Shown piece by piece: positions 11,470 through 24,051 of a stretch of DNA of 64,000 bases. The stretch spans positions 4,030,001 through 4,094,000 of the forward strand of contig OZ251225.1 in assembly GCA_965240325.2 (NCBI GenBank), read 5' to 3'. Position 1 is the first letter of the stretch; every line of letters starts with the position of its first letter. The translations under genes and the position numbers were made by a program. Origin of the DNA: Rebecca billardiae RCC1528 (Eukaryota; Protista; Haptophyta). Below the pieces are notes generated by a model that made no database searches, was not told the DNA's origin, and saw only the letters and a program-made list of their open reading frames with translations.

Positions 11470-14211
11470 TCAGCAGACGGGCTGCGCGCCGCCGTGTCCG
11501 GGTGCGTACTCGTCCGGCAGCAGCCTGGGCATGTCCACAAACGCGCGCACGCACGCGCACAGCCGCCAGTAGCAGAGCAGCGCGTACAGCAGCGCGCACG
11601 CGGCCTGCGCGCGCGCGCCCGCCAGCGCGGGCGGCAGCACCGCCGCCGGGTAGCGCGCACCCGCGCGCTCCGCGAGCGCGCTGCCGACCGCGCCGAGCAG
11701 CCAGTACAGCCCCACGCAGCACAGCACGTAGGTGGCCTGCGCGGTGCGCGCCGCCGCGCGCGCGCGCGCGCGAGAGTGCGCGCGCGCGGCGAGGGGCGCG
11801 CGCGTGAGGGCGAGGGCGGCGGGCGCGCGGCGAGGCGCGCGGGCGCGCGTGTGGCGCGCGCGCGCACAATCGAGCGGCGCTCCGGCCCCCTGAGCACCGA
11901 GCCCTCCCGCTCCGGCGGCGCGGCGGGCGGCGTCCACCGGCCGAGCCACAGGTCGTACGCGTCCTGCTTCACGCCGTCGCGCAGGTTGTTGCGCACCCAG
12001 CGCAGCGCGGAGAGCCGCAGGTCGGTGAGCGCGCCGCCGAGCGTGCGCGCGCCCGTGCGCACGAGCTCGCCCTTCACCGCGGCCGTGCCACTGTACAGCG
12101 CAGAGTGCGCGTCCGCCACGTCCGCCCAGACGGCGCGGCGCTGCGCGTGGAGCACGTTGTGCAGCGCCAGCGTCTCGTGCGCGCCGAGCAGCGACGCGCC
12201 GCGCAGCTGCGCCTGCAGCGCGGCCATGGCGATCGCGGCCTCGAGCACGGAGGTGCGGTCCTGGCAGTCGACGCAGTTGGTGCGCACCACGCCACTCTGC
12301 ACGCGCCCGATCAGCCCGCGCGCACTGCCGTCGCGCGCGGCGGCCGCGCCGGCCGCGCCGCGCGTCCACGGCGGCGGGCTGCCGACGAGCGCGGCCGCGG
12401 CCGCGGCGGCGCTCCCGCTCGACGGCGCGATCTTGACGCCGCCGCCGGCGGCGGCGGTGGCGGCGGCGGCGCCCGCGCCCGCGCCCGTCGCGCCGCCCTG
12501 CGCCGCGCCCGCCTCCGCCGCGCCCGTCGGCGTCGGCGTCGGCGAGGTGGGCTGCTGCTGCGCGAGCGTGCCGTGCGACGCGGCGCGCAGCATGCCGCCG
12601 CTGTCGCCGCCGCCGCCCGCCGCCGCCGCGCCCGTCGCGCCGGCGCCGGCCGCGGCGGCGGCGGCGACGGCGGCGGCGCACGTTGCGGCGGAGCAGCTGC
12701 TGCCGAGCGCGGAGTAGGCACGGTGCTGCCGCGCAGCGCTGCCGCCGACCGCGCCGCCGGCGCTGAGGCTGCCGGCGGCGGCGGGCGCGGGCGGCGCGGG
12801 CGCGGCGCGCGGCGGCGCGGGCGGCGGCAGCAGCTGCTGCTCGAAGCAGCCGTGGCGCTCGAGGTCCTCCTCGAGCTGCGCGCCCACAGAGGCGGCGCGC
12901 GGCGCGCGCGGCGGAGGGCGCGCGCGGCGGAGGGCGCGCGCGGCGCGCGCGTCAGGCGCCCTGCGGCGGGGGCAGGCGTGGTGGGTGCAGCGGCGCCGTC
13001 CGCGCGCACGCGCACGCCCGCGCGCAGCGCCCGCGCGCGCGCGCGCCGCCCACCTCCGCGAGCAGCTCTTTCACGGCGTGGTGCGCGCGCCCCTTGGCCG
13101 TGTGCGCGTGGAAGTCCCACGGCAGGTAGCGCACGCCCACCTCCGCGCACCGCACCACCTCGCGCGCGAGCGCGTGGCCCAGCGCGACCTCGGCGCCCTT
13201 GGTCTGGTTGATGAGCGAGAGCACCACCACCTCGGGCCCGTACTCGTCGAGCAGCGCCGCGAGGTGCTGCGCGCAGCCCTCCTGGCCGCGCCGCCCCTCC
13301 GCCAGCCGCACCGCGCGGTGCGGGTCGAGCGCGAGCAGCGCGGGCGGCTGCTGCCACGCGAGCGGGATGGAGCCGCGGAGCTGCACGTGGGACCAGAGCC
13401 GCCCGCCCGCGACGAGCACCTGCTCCGTCTCCACGAAGTGCGCGACCGACGCCGCGAGCGCCGCGCTGCGCCCGTAGCCGCCGCCGGCCGCGTCGTCGGC
13501 GCCGCACGCCGCGGGCTGCGCGCCGAGCGCGAGCCCGCGCGTGTGGAAGCGCGTGCCGGCCTTGCGCGTGCCGCGGCGCGCGATGGTGATCACGTCGAAG
13601 GGCTGCGCGTTGAGCACGCCCTCGTGGTGGTGCACGTGCCCCTGCATCAGCACGAGGCACCAGCGGTGCGCGCCCGCCGCGCGCAGCGGCGCGTGCGCGT
13701 GCCGGTTGAAGTAGAAGCGCGGGTCTGCGCGCTGCCACAGCGGGAGCGAGCGGTCGACGCGCGTGCCGAGGCGCTGGGCCGAGTGGGTGAGGTCGTGCTC
13801 GTACGAGAAGTACAGCGCGCGGCAGCCGAAGATGTGCTCCTCCAGCGCGGCGAGCAGCGCGCGCTCGTCCGCGCGCGCGCGCGGCGGCAGCGCGGCCGCG
13901 TCGCCGAGCGCCACGAGCTCAAAGCACGTGGCGAGCCAGACGTCGTACCCGCTCGCGCGCGCGACGCGCCGGCGGTTGGTCACGAGCACGAGGAACGCGC
14001 CCGACAGCAGCGGCAGCACGCCCGCGATGCCGTACGCCTCGAGCGCCGGCGCGGCCGCGCGCGGCGCGGCCGCGCGCGGCAGCAGCGTGCACGCGCCGTC
14101 CGGCCGGCGGATGGAGAGGCACTCGTCGTCGTCGGCGCTGAGCGCGCAGACGGTGACCGCCTCCTCGCCCACGTGCACCGAGAGCGCCGTGTGCACGCCG
14201 CCGCTCGCCAT
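11470..14211 (-). CDS. SAC1: SAC1-family phosphoinositide phosphatase (spliced, C-terminal TM helices)
   Basis: Motifs LYFSYEHDLT, ADPRFYFN, AGTRF, HFVETEQ, VQLRGSIPL and WDFH. Catalytic CX5RT is RTNCVDCQDRT, followed by NNLRDGVKQDAYDLWLG and two hydrophobic segments. Introns at ~13053-12877 and ~11868-11737. Confidence 0.85.
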
Positions 14212-14660
14212 CCTCCGCCGCCTGCTCCACCCGGGCAGCCGCGGCCCGGGCGCGCGCCGTCGGCCGCGATGATGACGCGCAGCGGGATGCAAAGCCCGAC
14301 ACAGCCCCACACTGACTGCCTACAGTATGTTCGTGACTCGCTGACTGACCCGCCTCATGAGCAGTACGTACAGGAACAGTAGTGTTCAGCATCGCTCGCC
14401 ATCACCGGGACGTGTCGTCAGGTTTGGGCGCACTTGGGACGACGGGTCCGGGAAGGATCGCCGCGCGGTCGGCGCTGGCGAGCGCAGCGGCGCCGCTCGC
14501 GCGCTTGTGAAGGCCGCTGCCCGGTCGCTCCGCCGCGGGCACTTCTCGGCCGTCAGCAGCGGCGCACACCGCCTCGCAGCGCGCGCAGGCACACGCACCG
14601 CACGCGCGCCCCGACGCACAGCGCGCGAGCGCGCGGGAGGGGCTCTCCGGCCCGGCGGCG

Positions 14661-14757
14661 ATGTCGCGCCCGGGCAGCACGTCCGACTCGTGGCGCAGCG
14701 GCAGGGCGGGCGGCAGCTCGGGGCCGCCACCGCCGCCGCGAGGCGGCGGCGGTGGGA

Positions 14758-14791
<34 letters not shown>

Positions 14792-14794
14792 GTT

Positions 14795-14834
<40 letters not shown>

Positions 14835-17800
14835 TTCGGCCGCCAGCCCCCGCTCGCCCCGCGCCGCCCCTCCGGTGGCCGCGGCAACGGCGGCGGCGCC
14901 GTGCCGGCGTGCGGCGGCGGGGGCTTTGCGCCACTGCAGGAGGGCGTGATCTGCAAGCTGGTGAAGGACAAGGGCTTCGGCTTCATACGCACCGCGGGCG
15001 GCGGCGGCGGCGCGCCGGCCGAGGGGTGCGAGGTCTTCCTCTCGCTGCCCTCCTCGCTGTGCGCCTCGCTGCGCGTGGAGGAGCTGTACGAGGGCATGGG
15101 CGTGCGCTTCAGCACGCAGCCGCAGAGGCAGGGCGCGCACGCCAAGCCGCGCGCGCACGGCGTGGAGAAGCTGGCGCGCGCGCCGCCGCCGAGCAGCGCG
15201 GCGGGGCCGATGTCGCTCGCGCCCTCCTGGGCGCGCGGCGCGAGCGGCGGCGGGCCCGCCGCCGCCTCGAGCGCGCCGGGCGGCGGCGGCGGCGGCGGCG
15301 GCGCCGCCGCCGCCGCCGCCGCCGAGCGCGCGGAGCGGCCGCCGAGCGGCGCGGCGCGCACGCTCGCGCCCGGCGGCGGCGCGCTCGGCCCCGGCTCGTG
15401 GGCGGGCGGCGCGACGGGTGCGGGTGGTGGCGGCGCCGCCGGCGCCGCCGACGCCTCGGCCAACGGCGCCGACGCGCCGGGCGGCGGCGGCGCGGCGCCG
15501 CCCGCGGGCGGCGGCGGCGGCGGCGGCGGCGCGCGCGAGCCGGGCCGCGACGCGGCCGGCGGCGCGCGCGCCGAGGCGGGCCGCGAGGGCGGCGGCGGCG
15601 GCGGCGGCGGCGGTGTGCGCCCGCCGCCGCTCGCCGACCTGCAGGCGGGCGGCCCCGCCGCGCTCGCCGCCGCCTCGCGCTGGCTCGAGCGGCTGCACGC
15701 CGAGCACGGCTCTGCGGCCGAGGGCGCGGTGCACGCGCTGGCCAACTGCCAGCCGCAGCTGGGCGCGACGCTGGCGCTGCTCGGCACGCACCCGCCGCCC
15801 GAGGCGCCGACGCGGCGGCTGCTCGCGCTGGTCGGCGCGGACGCGTTCGCGCGCTCCGTGCTCGGCGAGCGCGTGCGCGCCGTGTACTCGCAGCTGCTGC
15901 GCTCGCCGCTGCTGGGCGGCGCGCGCGGCGGCGGCCCGTGCCCGCTCGAGGCCTACCTGCGCGCGCTGGGCGACAGCGCGCGCGCGCTGCCCGCCGCGGA
16001 GGCGGAGGGCGCGCTGAGCGACGCGCTCGCGCTGCTGCGCCAGCTGCACGCGCGCTGCGCCTCCGGCTCGGACGGCGCGCTGCTGCGCGCGCACCTGCCG
16101 CCCCTCGCCGTCGCGCTGCGCGCCTCCGTGCGGCGCGTGTCGGTGGGGCAGGCGCTCGAGCAGCGCGCAGAGGACGAGCTCGAGCTGCTGCTGCGCACGT
16201 ACACACCCCAGCACGCACCCCAGCACAAGGGCGGCGCGGAGAAGGCGGCGCAGCACCAGCAGGCGGCGGGGGCGCAGCCGCAGCCGCAGCCGCTCGCGGC
16301 GTCGCAGCCGCCGCAGCAGCAGCAGCAGCAGCAGCAGCAGCACGCGCCGCCTGCTGGTGCTGCGCCCGCGTGCGTGCCCTCCGCCTCCTCCGAGGCCGGC
16401 GGAGGCGCCGGGGGCGGGGCCGGGGCGGGCCTGGCGTGGGGCTCGTTCACCTCGCTGCCCGTGTTCCCCACGCGCGCGGAGGTGCTGCGCGCGGGCCCTG
16501 CGGTGCAGCTGCGGCGCAACCGCGTGAGTGGCGTGTACGAGTCGGTGTGGGAGTACATCGGCACGCACTTCTGGCTGCTGCGGGAGGACTGCGTCGCGCC
16601 GCTGCGGGACGGGATCTGCGCGTACAGGGCGGGGAGTCTGGACGCGCGGGACATGCACGTGTACGAGGACGTGGCGCTGGAGGGGCTCGCGCCCTCGCGC
16701 GCGGGCGTGACGTACCGCCTGTCCTTCCGCTCCCCGCCCGGCGTCTCGTGGGGCCTCACCAAGCGGCTCATGTACGGCTCCCTGCTGTGCCTCTCCTCCG
16801 ACGGCTTTACTGACGAGCTGCTGTGGGGCACGGTCGAGGAGCGCGACCCGGACACGTGCTGCGGGCCCAGGCCAACGATCTGCGTCAAGCTGCCGCAGGG
16901 CGGGCTGCACGAGCGGCTGATGGCGGACGGCGCCAGGGGCGTGCGCTACGTGATGGCCGAGTCGCCCGCCTACTTTGAGGTGAGCACACCAAAGCACACC
17001 CGCGCGCGCGCCACGCTGCGCCCGGCGCCACGCTGCGCCCGCCCTGAGCGCCTGCGCCGCCCCGCGCGCCGCGCCCCGTGCGCACAGGCGTACCGGCACG
17101 TGCTCGAGGCGCTGCAGGCGATCGCGCGCCAGGCGGAGGCGGGGCTGGGCGCGGAGCCGCCGCTGCCCTTTGCCGAGACGCTGCTCCGCTGCCGCGCGCG
17201 CGTGGCCCCGCCCGCGTACCTGAGCGAGGGCGGCGCGGACGCGGACCGGTACTCCATGGTGGCGCCCTTCCCCGGCCTGCACGCGGCGCTCGGGCGCACG
17301 GGCTGGCGGCTGCTGCAGCCGTGGCCCGAGCTGGGCGCGGCGAGCACGCTGGACGAGTCGCAGCTCGCCGCGCTGCAGCAGGCGCTCACGCGCGAGGTGG
17401 CGCTCGTGCAGGGCCCGCCCGGCACGGGCAAGACGTACATCGGGCTGCTGGCCATGCGCGCGCTGCTCGCCAACGCGGAGCGGCGGCGCGCCGTGCCTGT
17501 GCTGGTGGTGTGCTACACCAACCACGCGCTCGACCAGTTCCTCGAGGGCGTGCTGCCCTTCGAGGAGCGCCTCACGCGCATCGGCAGCCGCTCGCGCTCC
17601 GAGGCGCTCGAGCGGCTCAACCTCAAGCTGCAGGCGCGGCAGGAGGCGGACGCGGACCCCGAGCGGCAGCGCTCGCGCCGCGCGCTGCACCGGCGGCACA
17701 AGGAGCTGCAGGAGGCGGTGGGCGCGCTGTGCAAGGCGTACGACGCGCCGCTGCCCACGGGCGCGGACGTGTGCTCGGAGGAGGCGGGCGCCGACGCGGC

Positions 17801-19779
17801 CGCGCCGTACGCCGCGCTCGGCGACGACGACGACGTCGCCGGCGGCCCCCTCGCGCCCGACGCCGCCGCCGCCGAGCCCGCCGACTGGGCCGAGTACGGC
17901 CGGCCGCCGCGCGGCGCGGGCGGCGGGCGCAACGGGCGCGCGTGGCTGAGCGACGCGCAGCTGCTCTCGCTGCGCGCCGCGCCGCACGGCTACCTGCCGC
18001 CCGCCGAGGCGCTCGACGCGTGGCTGCAGCCCGTGCGCGCCGCGCGCGCCGCGCGCGCCGCCGCCGCCGAGCGCGACGCGCAGCTCGGCGGCTATGGCGG
18101 CGGCGGCGGCGCCGAGGCCGCAGGCGGCGGCGGCGGCGGCGCGGCGGCGGGCGGCGGCGGCGGCGGCGGCGCCGCCGCCGCCGACGACGAGGACGACGAG
18201 GCGGCGCAGCTCGACGCGGACGGCGCGATGGGCGCGGACCGGCTGCTCGATGACGGAGAAGGGCCCGACGACCAACCGGCACGCGCGCCCACGCCGACGC
18301 CGCCGCGCGCGCCGCCGCCCGCGGGCGGCGGCGCGCTGCCCGCGTGGCGGCGCAGCATGGGCAGCGGCGCGCCCGACGGCGGCGCGCCCGCGCCCGGCGG
18401 CGGCGTGGGCGCGGGCGCGGCGGACGCGGCCGCGCTGCGCGCGCGGCTGAGCAGCGCGCTCGTGCACTGCGACGCGCTCTGGGGGCTGGCCGCCGCGGAG
18501 CGCGAGGCGCTGGCCGCGCTGTGGGTGCAGCGCCGGCGCGGTGCGCTGCTGGGCCCGCTGCGCTCGCTGTGCGAGCGCTACGAGCGGCTGTGCGTCGAGC
18601 GGCGCCAGCTGGACGCGGAGGTGCAGCTGGCGGTGCTGCGCAGGCAGCGCGTGGTCGGCATGACGACCACGGCCGTCGCAAAGTTTGCGCCGCTCATCCG
18701 CCACCTCGGCTGCGAGGTGGTGATCGTCGAGGAGGCGGCGGAGGCGAGCGCGCGCCGCGGCGGCCCGACCCGACGCCCCGCGCACGCACACGCACACGGC
18801 GCGCGCGCCCCGCGCCAGCGCGCCCCCGCGAGGCCTCACGCCCGCCCGCGCCTCCCGCGTTGCGCGCTGCGGCATGCGCGCTGCCTTGGCGCGTGCGCAG
18901 GTGCTCGAGGCGCACATCGTGGCCGCGCTCGGCCCGTGCACGCGGCACGTGGTGCTGATCGGCGACCACCTGCAGCTGAGGCCAGCCACCTCGGTGTACG
19001 CGCTCGCGCGGCACTACTCGCTCGACGTCTCGCTCTTCGAGCGGCTCGTGCACAACGGCGTGGACCACGTGACGCTGCGCACGCAGCGCCGCATGCGCCC
19101 CGAGGTGAGCCGGCTGCTGCACCACATCTACGTGCACCCCGCGCTCGCCGACCACGAGAGCACGCTGCACCGCCCGGCCGTGCGCGGCGTGCGCGCGCCC
19201 GTCTTCTTCGTGCAGCACGAGGCGCTCGAGGGCGGGCCGGGCGAGGCGCGCTCGCACGTCAACTCGCACGAGGCGGCCTTCCTCGCCGCGCTCGCGCGCT
19301 GGCTGGTGGCGCGCGGCACGGCGGCCGAGCGCATCACCGTGCTCACGCCGTACGTGGGGCAGCTGCTCGCGCTGCGCGACGCGTTCGGCGCGCTGGGCGC
19401 GTGCGTGGACGGGTGCGTGCTGCGCTCGGTCGACCAGTACCAGGGCGAGGAGAACGACGTCGTGCTGCTCTCGCTCGTGCGCTCCAACGCGGAGGGCAGC
19501 ATCGGCTTCCTCGGCGTGGACAACCGCGTGTGCGTCGCGCTCTCGCGCGCGCGGAACGGGCTGTACATCGTGGGCAACGCGCGGCTGCTGCGCTCCAAGC
19601 GGCCGCTCTGGGCCAACGTGCTGCGCACGCTCGAGGCGGACGGCGCGACCGGCCCCTTCCTGCCGCTCGCCGCGACGCGCGCGGACAGCGGCAAGCCCGC
19701 GCTCGCCGCGCACGCGGACGACTTTGAGGGGCTCGCGCCCGACGAGGAGGCGGAGGAGGGGGAGGGCGGCGCGCGCTGA
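14661..19779 (+). CDS. ZNFX1/Hrr1-like Upf1-family (SF1B) RNA helicase with an N-terminal cold-shock domain
   Basis: Motifs THFWLLRED, KRLMYGSLL, YFE|AYRHVL, QGPPGTGKT, VCYTNHALDQFLE, EEAAE|VLEAH, LIGDHLQL, SLFERL, VDQYQGEE, NRVCVALSRAR. Introns at 16980-17087 (GT-AG) and 18744-18900 (GC-AG). Confidence 0.88.
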
Positions 19780-20067
19780 CCGACCGCGTGGCGCCGCTGC
19801 GCTCGAGAAGGCGGCTCGACTCTGCCCACCTCGACCGGGCGGCGGACGCGAGGTCGGCCGCGCGCGCCAGTGCCGCGGCCACTCGACGCGATCGCGCGCG
19901 CGACACTGCTACGTCGATCACGACCCGGCGGACGAGCATATATGCTGCCCGCCGGCCCTGATGCCGCCGGCGCAGCCCTGCTGACGGTAGTCACCATGCT
20001 ACGGCGCCGTATACTCGTATATATAGAGTCCGAGTATATTAATATATAATTAATATACATGCAGTAC

Positions 20068-20123
<56 letters not shown>
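20068..20123. repeat. (CA)n microsatellite
   Basis: Perfect dinucleotide run. Confidence 0.95.
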
Positions 20124-20129
<6 letters not shown>

Positions 20130-21147
20130 GCGCGCTCGGCCTGCCTGCCTGCGAGCCTCCATGGATGCGTGCGCGTGGGGCCGGGTTCTGCCACCGTTCA
20201 TTGCCAACAGCAACTGGGCACGGACCTGCGACGAGGCATGCCGCCTTTCCCCACGCGCCCTTCAGGTTGTCCCGGCTCAGCCGGTCGCTTCGGCGGCCGA
20301 CGGGCCCTCGGCCGGCTCCCCCTTCCCGGGGACTCGGTGGGGCACCGCCAGGAGTGTCTCGCGGCGGGCGGGCCGAGCGCGCGGGTCGCCAGCTGACCCC
20401 GCGACGTTCGATTCGACTGCTCTGCGCTGGCACGTGCACGCGGAGATCAACCACACGCAGCGGGTCCGGGATAGGCACTGGCACCCTCTTTCTCCAGCCG
20501 GCCGCCGGCTGCATCGCCTCGGGGGGCGATGCAGCAGGTGGACGCCGCTGCACCCATCTGGCCCTTGGCGCTGGCCTCCTCCGTGCCCCACGCTCCACCC
20601 TAGGTGGGGCAGGGGGTGCGGGGTGTGACGCGCCCGGAGGCCAGGTTCCCCAGCATCAAGCACTGCATCTGCAGCAGCCCGCCGGCGGGCCGGGCTGCGA
20701 CATCGACTACCACCTCATCTGCTTCATCGCCCAGAGCGCGCTAGGCGGCGCGCTCACTCTCCGAGCCCCTCTTCTGCAGCTGCGCGCCGCTTGGCCGGCG
20801 CGCGGCGACGCGTACTACGACCTCATCCTCATCCAGGCGCCCACACGGGCGCACGGGGGCGACAGCCGCGGCTGCCGCTTGCCGGAGCTGCTCGCCGCTA
20901 GGTCGGCGGGCGGCGACATCGACTACGACCTCACCCTCATCCAAGTGCTCCGGAAGGCGCTCGGCCGCGGCGGCATCTGCCGTCGCCGCCGCGTGCCCCA
21001 GGCCGAGGCGGTGCTCCATCCCGGCCCCGCTCCCGTAGGGGGGCAGGGCTGCGGGTGGCGCACTGTCTGACCTGGACGGAAGGCGCGGACGCATTCTATG
21101 TGTCTGTTGCACTCTGAGCCTGACGCTTGTCGGATGCTGCCACGTCG

Positions 21148-21148
<1 letters not shown>

Positions 21149-21234
<86 letters not shown>
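21149..21234. repeat. (TA)n microsatellite
   Basis: Perfect ~85-bp dinucleotide run. Confidence 0.95.
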
Positions 21235-21241
<7 letters not shown>

Positions 21242-21343
21242 TACAGTGAACAAAAACGGGACGACGAATATCATCGCGTTACCGTACGATTCGAGGAATA
21301 ATAGCTTACGTACAAGCAGCAGCAGCATCCGCCGGTCCGAACC

Positions 21344-22858
21344 TCAGTTGCCGCCGCCGCGCTCGGCGTCGTCGCGCATGAGCACGGCGCTCGATCGCCG
21401 GCGCTGAGCGCCGCCGCCGAGCACCGAGCCGGCGGCGGCGCCGCCCTCCGCGTCCGCGTCCGCGGGCGGCGCGGGCGCGCGCTCCTCCTCCTGCGCGCGC
21501 TCCACGTTGACCACGTTGCCGAACGAGGCCATCTGCGCGGCCGAGGCCCACATGTTGCGCATCAGCCGCAGCACGCCCTGCGCACAGCAGGGGGAGGGCG
21601 GGGCGCCGCGCGCGGGCGGTGAGCGCGGCGTGCGCGGCGCGTGCGCGGCGGGCGTGGCGCGCGCGCGCGCACCTCGGTCGTGCGCGTGCACTCGCCCCTC
21701 GCGCGCGCCAGCCGCTCCTCGTCCACCGAGGCCGGGTAGATGCACGGGAAGTACGGGCCCTGCAGCTTGTCGCCGTCCTTGAACGAGTGAGAGCCCAGGT
21801 CGGAGAAGAGCGCGCGGCCCTCGCCGCGGTACGGCGCGTCGCCCACGATGACGGTGCCGCCGAGCACGCGGCGCAGCCGCTTGCCCCAGTCCTGCGAGGC
21901 GGGCCCGTCGATCTTGTGGATGGAGCGCGGGTGCCACACGATCAGATCGCCCGCCTTGGGGCGGAACTCGAGCAGCTCGGGGTAGCGCGGCAGGTCGCCC
22001 TGCGTGCGGTCGACGAAGACGACGTCGTCCTCCACCGACTCGTTCTCGTGCGAGCCCTTGAGGTACACGGGCGCGCCGTGGTCGGGCGGCGTGTCGTCGA
22101 GCGTCACCCAGAAGCGCAGCCCGTGCTCGTGCGCCACCGGCCCGTTCTGGTTGTCCTGGTGCCACTTGAACTGCACGCGCGGGGCGGGGGGGCGCGCGGG
22201 GCGGGGGGAGGCGGCGCGCGTGAGGGCGCTGCGCTGCGCTGCGCTGCGTTGCGCTGCGTTGCGCTGCGCTGCGTGCGCGCACCCCCTTGTTCGGGTTGAC
22301 CATCAGCAGGTCGGTGGAGAGGCGGATCTCGTCCGTGCCAGACAGCTGCGCGAGCGCGGACGCGAGCGGCGAGTGGTAGTAGAAGTTGGCGTACGCCGAG
22401 TTGGTCGACCACACGTTGCGCTGGATGTAGTCGTACAGCCCCGACGCCACGCCGGGCGACGCCCACATGTGCGGGTGCTCGATCTGCCAGCTCGTCGCCT
22501 GCCGCAGGTACTCGAGCCACTCAGCGCTCAGCAGCCCCGGGATGTGCACCACGCCGTCGCGGATCAGCGTCTCGCGCTGCGCGGCGCCGATGCCGTGGAA
22601 GGGCTCGGGCGGCGCGTCGGGCGACGGGCTGCCGGGCACGGCGAGCTCCGGCTCCTGCAGCCCGAAGCCGTACTCGAGCAGGTTGGTCGAGAGCTTCATG
22701 CACGCCGGCGCGCGCGCGGCCGCGCGCGCCGCGCGCCGCGCCGGCGCGAGCGCGCCGCGGCCCGCGGCCGGCGCGGCGGCGCGCGTGGGGGCCATGGCGG
22801 CGCTCGGCGTGGCGGAGAGCACCGTCGCGAGCGCGAGCACGGTCAGCATCGCCCCCAT
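21344..22858 (-). CDS. Phytanoyl-CoA dioxygenase (PhyH)-family Fe(II)/2OG dioxygenase, probably plastid-targeted, 3 exons
   Basis: Motifs RDGVVHIPGLL, FKWHQDN (HxD), WVTLD, KGSH and GDLIVWHPRSIH. Bipartite signal plus transit-like N-terminus. Two GT-AG introns (~22282-22171, ~21673-21579). Confidence 0.8.
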   Translation of the reverse strand: MGAMLTVLALATVLSATPSAAMAPTRAAAPAAGRGALAPARRAARAAARAPACMKLSTNLLEYGFGLQEPELAVPGSPSPDAPPEPFHGIGAAQRETLIRDGVVHIPGLLSAEWLEYLRQATSWQIEHPHMWASPGVASGLYDYIQRNVWSTNSAYANFYYHSPLASALAQLSGTDEIRLSTDLLMVNPNKGVRARSAAQRSATQRSAAQRPHARRLPPPRAPPRPARAVQVAPGQPERAGGARARAALLGDARRHAARPRRARVPQGLARERVGGGRRRLRRPHAGRPAALPRAARVPPQGGRSDRVAPALHPQDRRARLAGLGQAAAPRARRHRHRGRRAVPRRGPRALLRPGLSLVQGRRQAAGPVLPVHLPGLGGRGAAGAREGRVHAHDRGARARATPAAHAPRTPRSPPARGAPPSPCCAQGVLRLMRNMWASAAQMASFGNVVNVERAQEEERAPAPPADADAEGGAAAGSVLGGGAQRRRSSAVLMRDDAERGGGN

Positions 22859-23433
22859 CCCGCCGCGTGTGCGCGTGGCTTGCGCGCGGCCGCGAATCTG
22901 TCGGTGGCCGCCCTCGTCCCGTCCGGGTGCCGCACCAGAGCACCCCTTTGCTTTGGGCGAAATTAACGTCGACCCAAAATCTCATCAATTAGTCGCCGAA
23001 GCGTGACGGGAACTTTGAGGGATCGCGCGGCTTTCATGCAAAACGTTCCGAATAGTCGGCAGGCGCGCGCGGGCAAAGATTCTCATCAAGATCCGCATGA
23101 TTCCCCTGCCGCACTGGAGTGTAATACAGCATGATTATGAGCAGAAAAACGGGCGGCGTATGTAGTTCGCCGTCTGATGCGGGTCACTCGATGTGACCGA
23201 CCGCGCGCGGCCCCGTGACCCGACCGCGCGGGTCACAGAGCAAGGCTGCGCCCCGCAGGCGAAGGAACAAGCTATACACTCCTCTCGTAGCATTCATGCA
23301 CATGTGTCATGCGCGTCGTCAATGTCAATACTGTCAGACACTCCCACCCGCGCCGGCGCGGCACAGCGCACGCCCCGTAAGCGTCGGACGCGGCGCCGTC
23401 CCGCCCGCCGGCGCGGGCCGCCACCGTGCGCGC

Positions 23434-24051
23434 TTAGTTGAACGGCACCGGCGAGCCGAGGAGCGAGTTGATGATGTACGGGTTGCCGTCGAGCTTCTCG
23501 TGCACCATCAGCGCGAGGATGCCCATCTGCGCCGCGCGGCCGTTGTTCAGCTCGATCGCGCGCTTCTGCAGCTTGGTCTCCTCGTCGAACGAGTCCCAGC
23601 CAAAGTCGAGCGCGCCGTTGCGGAAGTCACCGACGAACTCGCCGTCGCCGAGGTCCTTCATGACGGCGAGCTCGAGGAAGCCGACGAACGCGAAGATCTG
23701 CGCGAGGCCCGCCGCCGGCACGACCGAGAGCGCCGCCAGGCCGTTGGGCACGTCAGCGAACGGCAGGCCGTACGCGAGCTCGCCCGGGAGGCGGATGCCG
23801 GCCGACGTCACGACGTGGCCGAGCACGGCGAGCATGCAGATGCGGCCGTGCTTGATCTCGACGAAGCGGAGGCGGTCGAAGCGCTCCTGGTCCGCGCCGT
23901 CGAGGAGGTTGAGCGGGTCGATGAAGCCGAGGGGCGGCTGCGCGCCGAGCTCCGACTCGAAGCCCATCGACACCGCCGCGCGCGACGCCGAGGGCGCGCG
24001 CATGGCCGGGCCGTTGAAGGCGAGGGCGGACACGAGGATCTGGGCGAACAT
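23434..24051 (-). CDS. Fucoxanthin-chlorophyll a/c binding protein (Lhcf-type), 205 aa, intronless
   Basis: MFAQILVSALAF presequence; GAQPPLGFIDPL, FDRLRFVEIKHGRICMLA and KRAIELNNGRAAQMG. Confidence 0.95.
   Translation of the reverse strand: MFAQILVSALAFNGPAMRAPSASRAAVSMGFESELGAQPPLGFIDPLNLLDGADQERFDRLRFVEIKHGRICMLAVLGHVVTSAGIRLPGELAYGLPFADVPNGLAALSVVPAAGLAQIFAFVGFLELAVMKDLGDGEFVGDFRNGALDFGWDSFDEETKLQKRAIELNNGRAAQMGILALMVHEKLDGNPYIINSLLGSPVPFN

Noticed and set aside
6249-19727. Very long antisense or alternative-frame ORFs (e.g. 1363, 1232, 1478 aa)
   Set aside because: Arg/Ala/Pro-rich shadows of real genes, caused by stop-codon scarcity at extreme GC.
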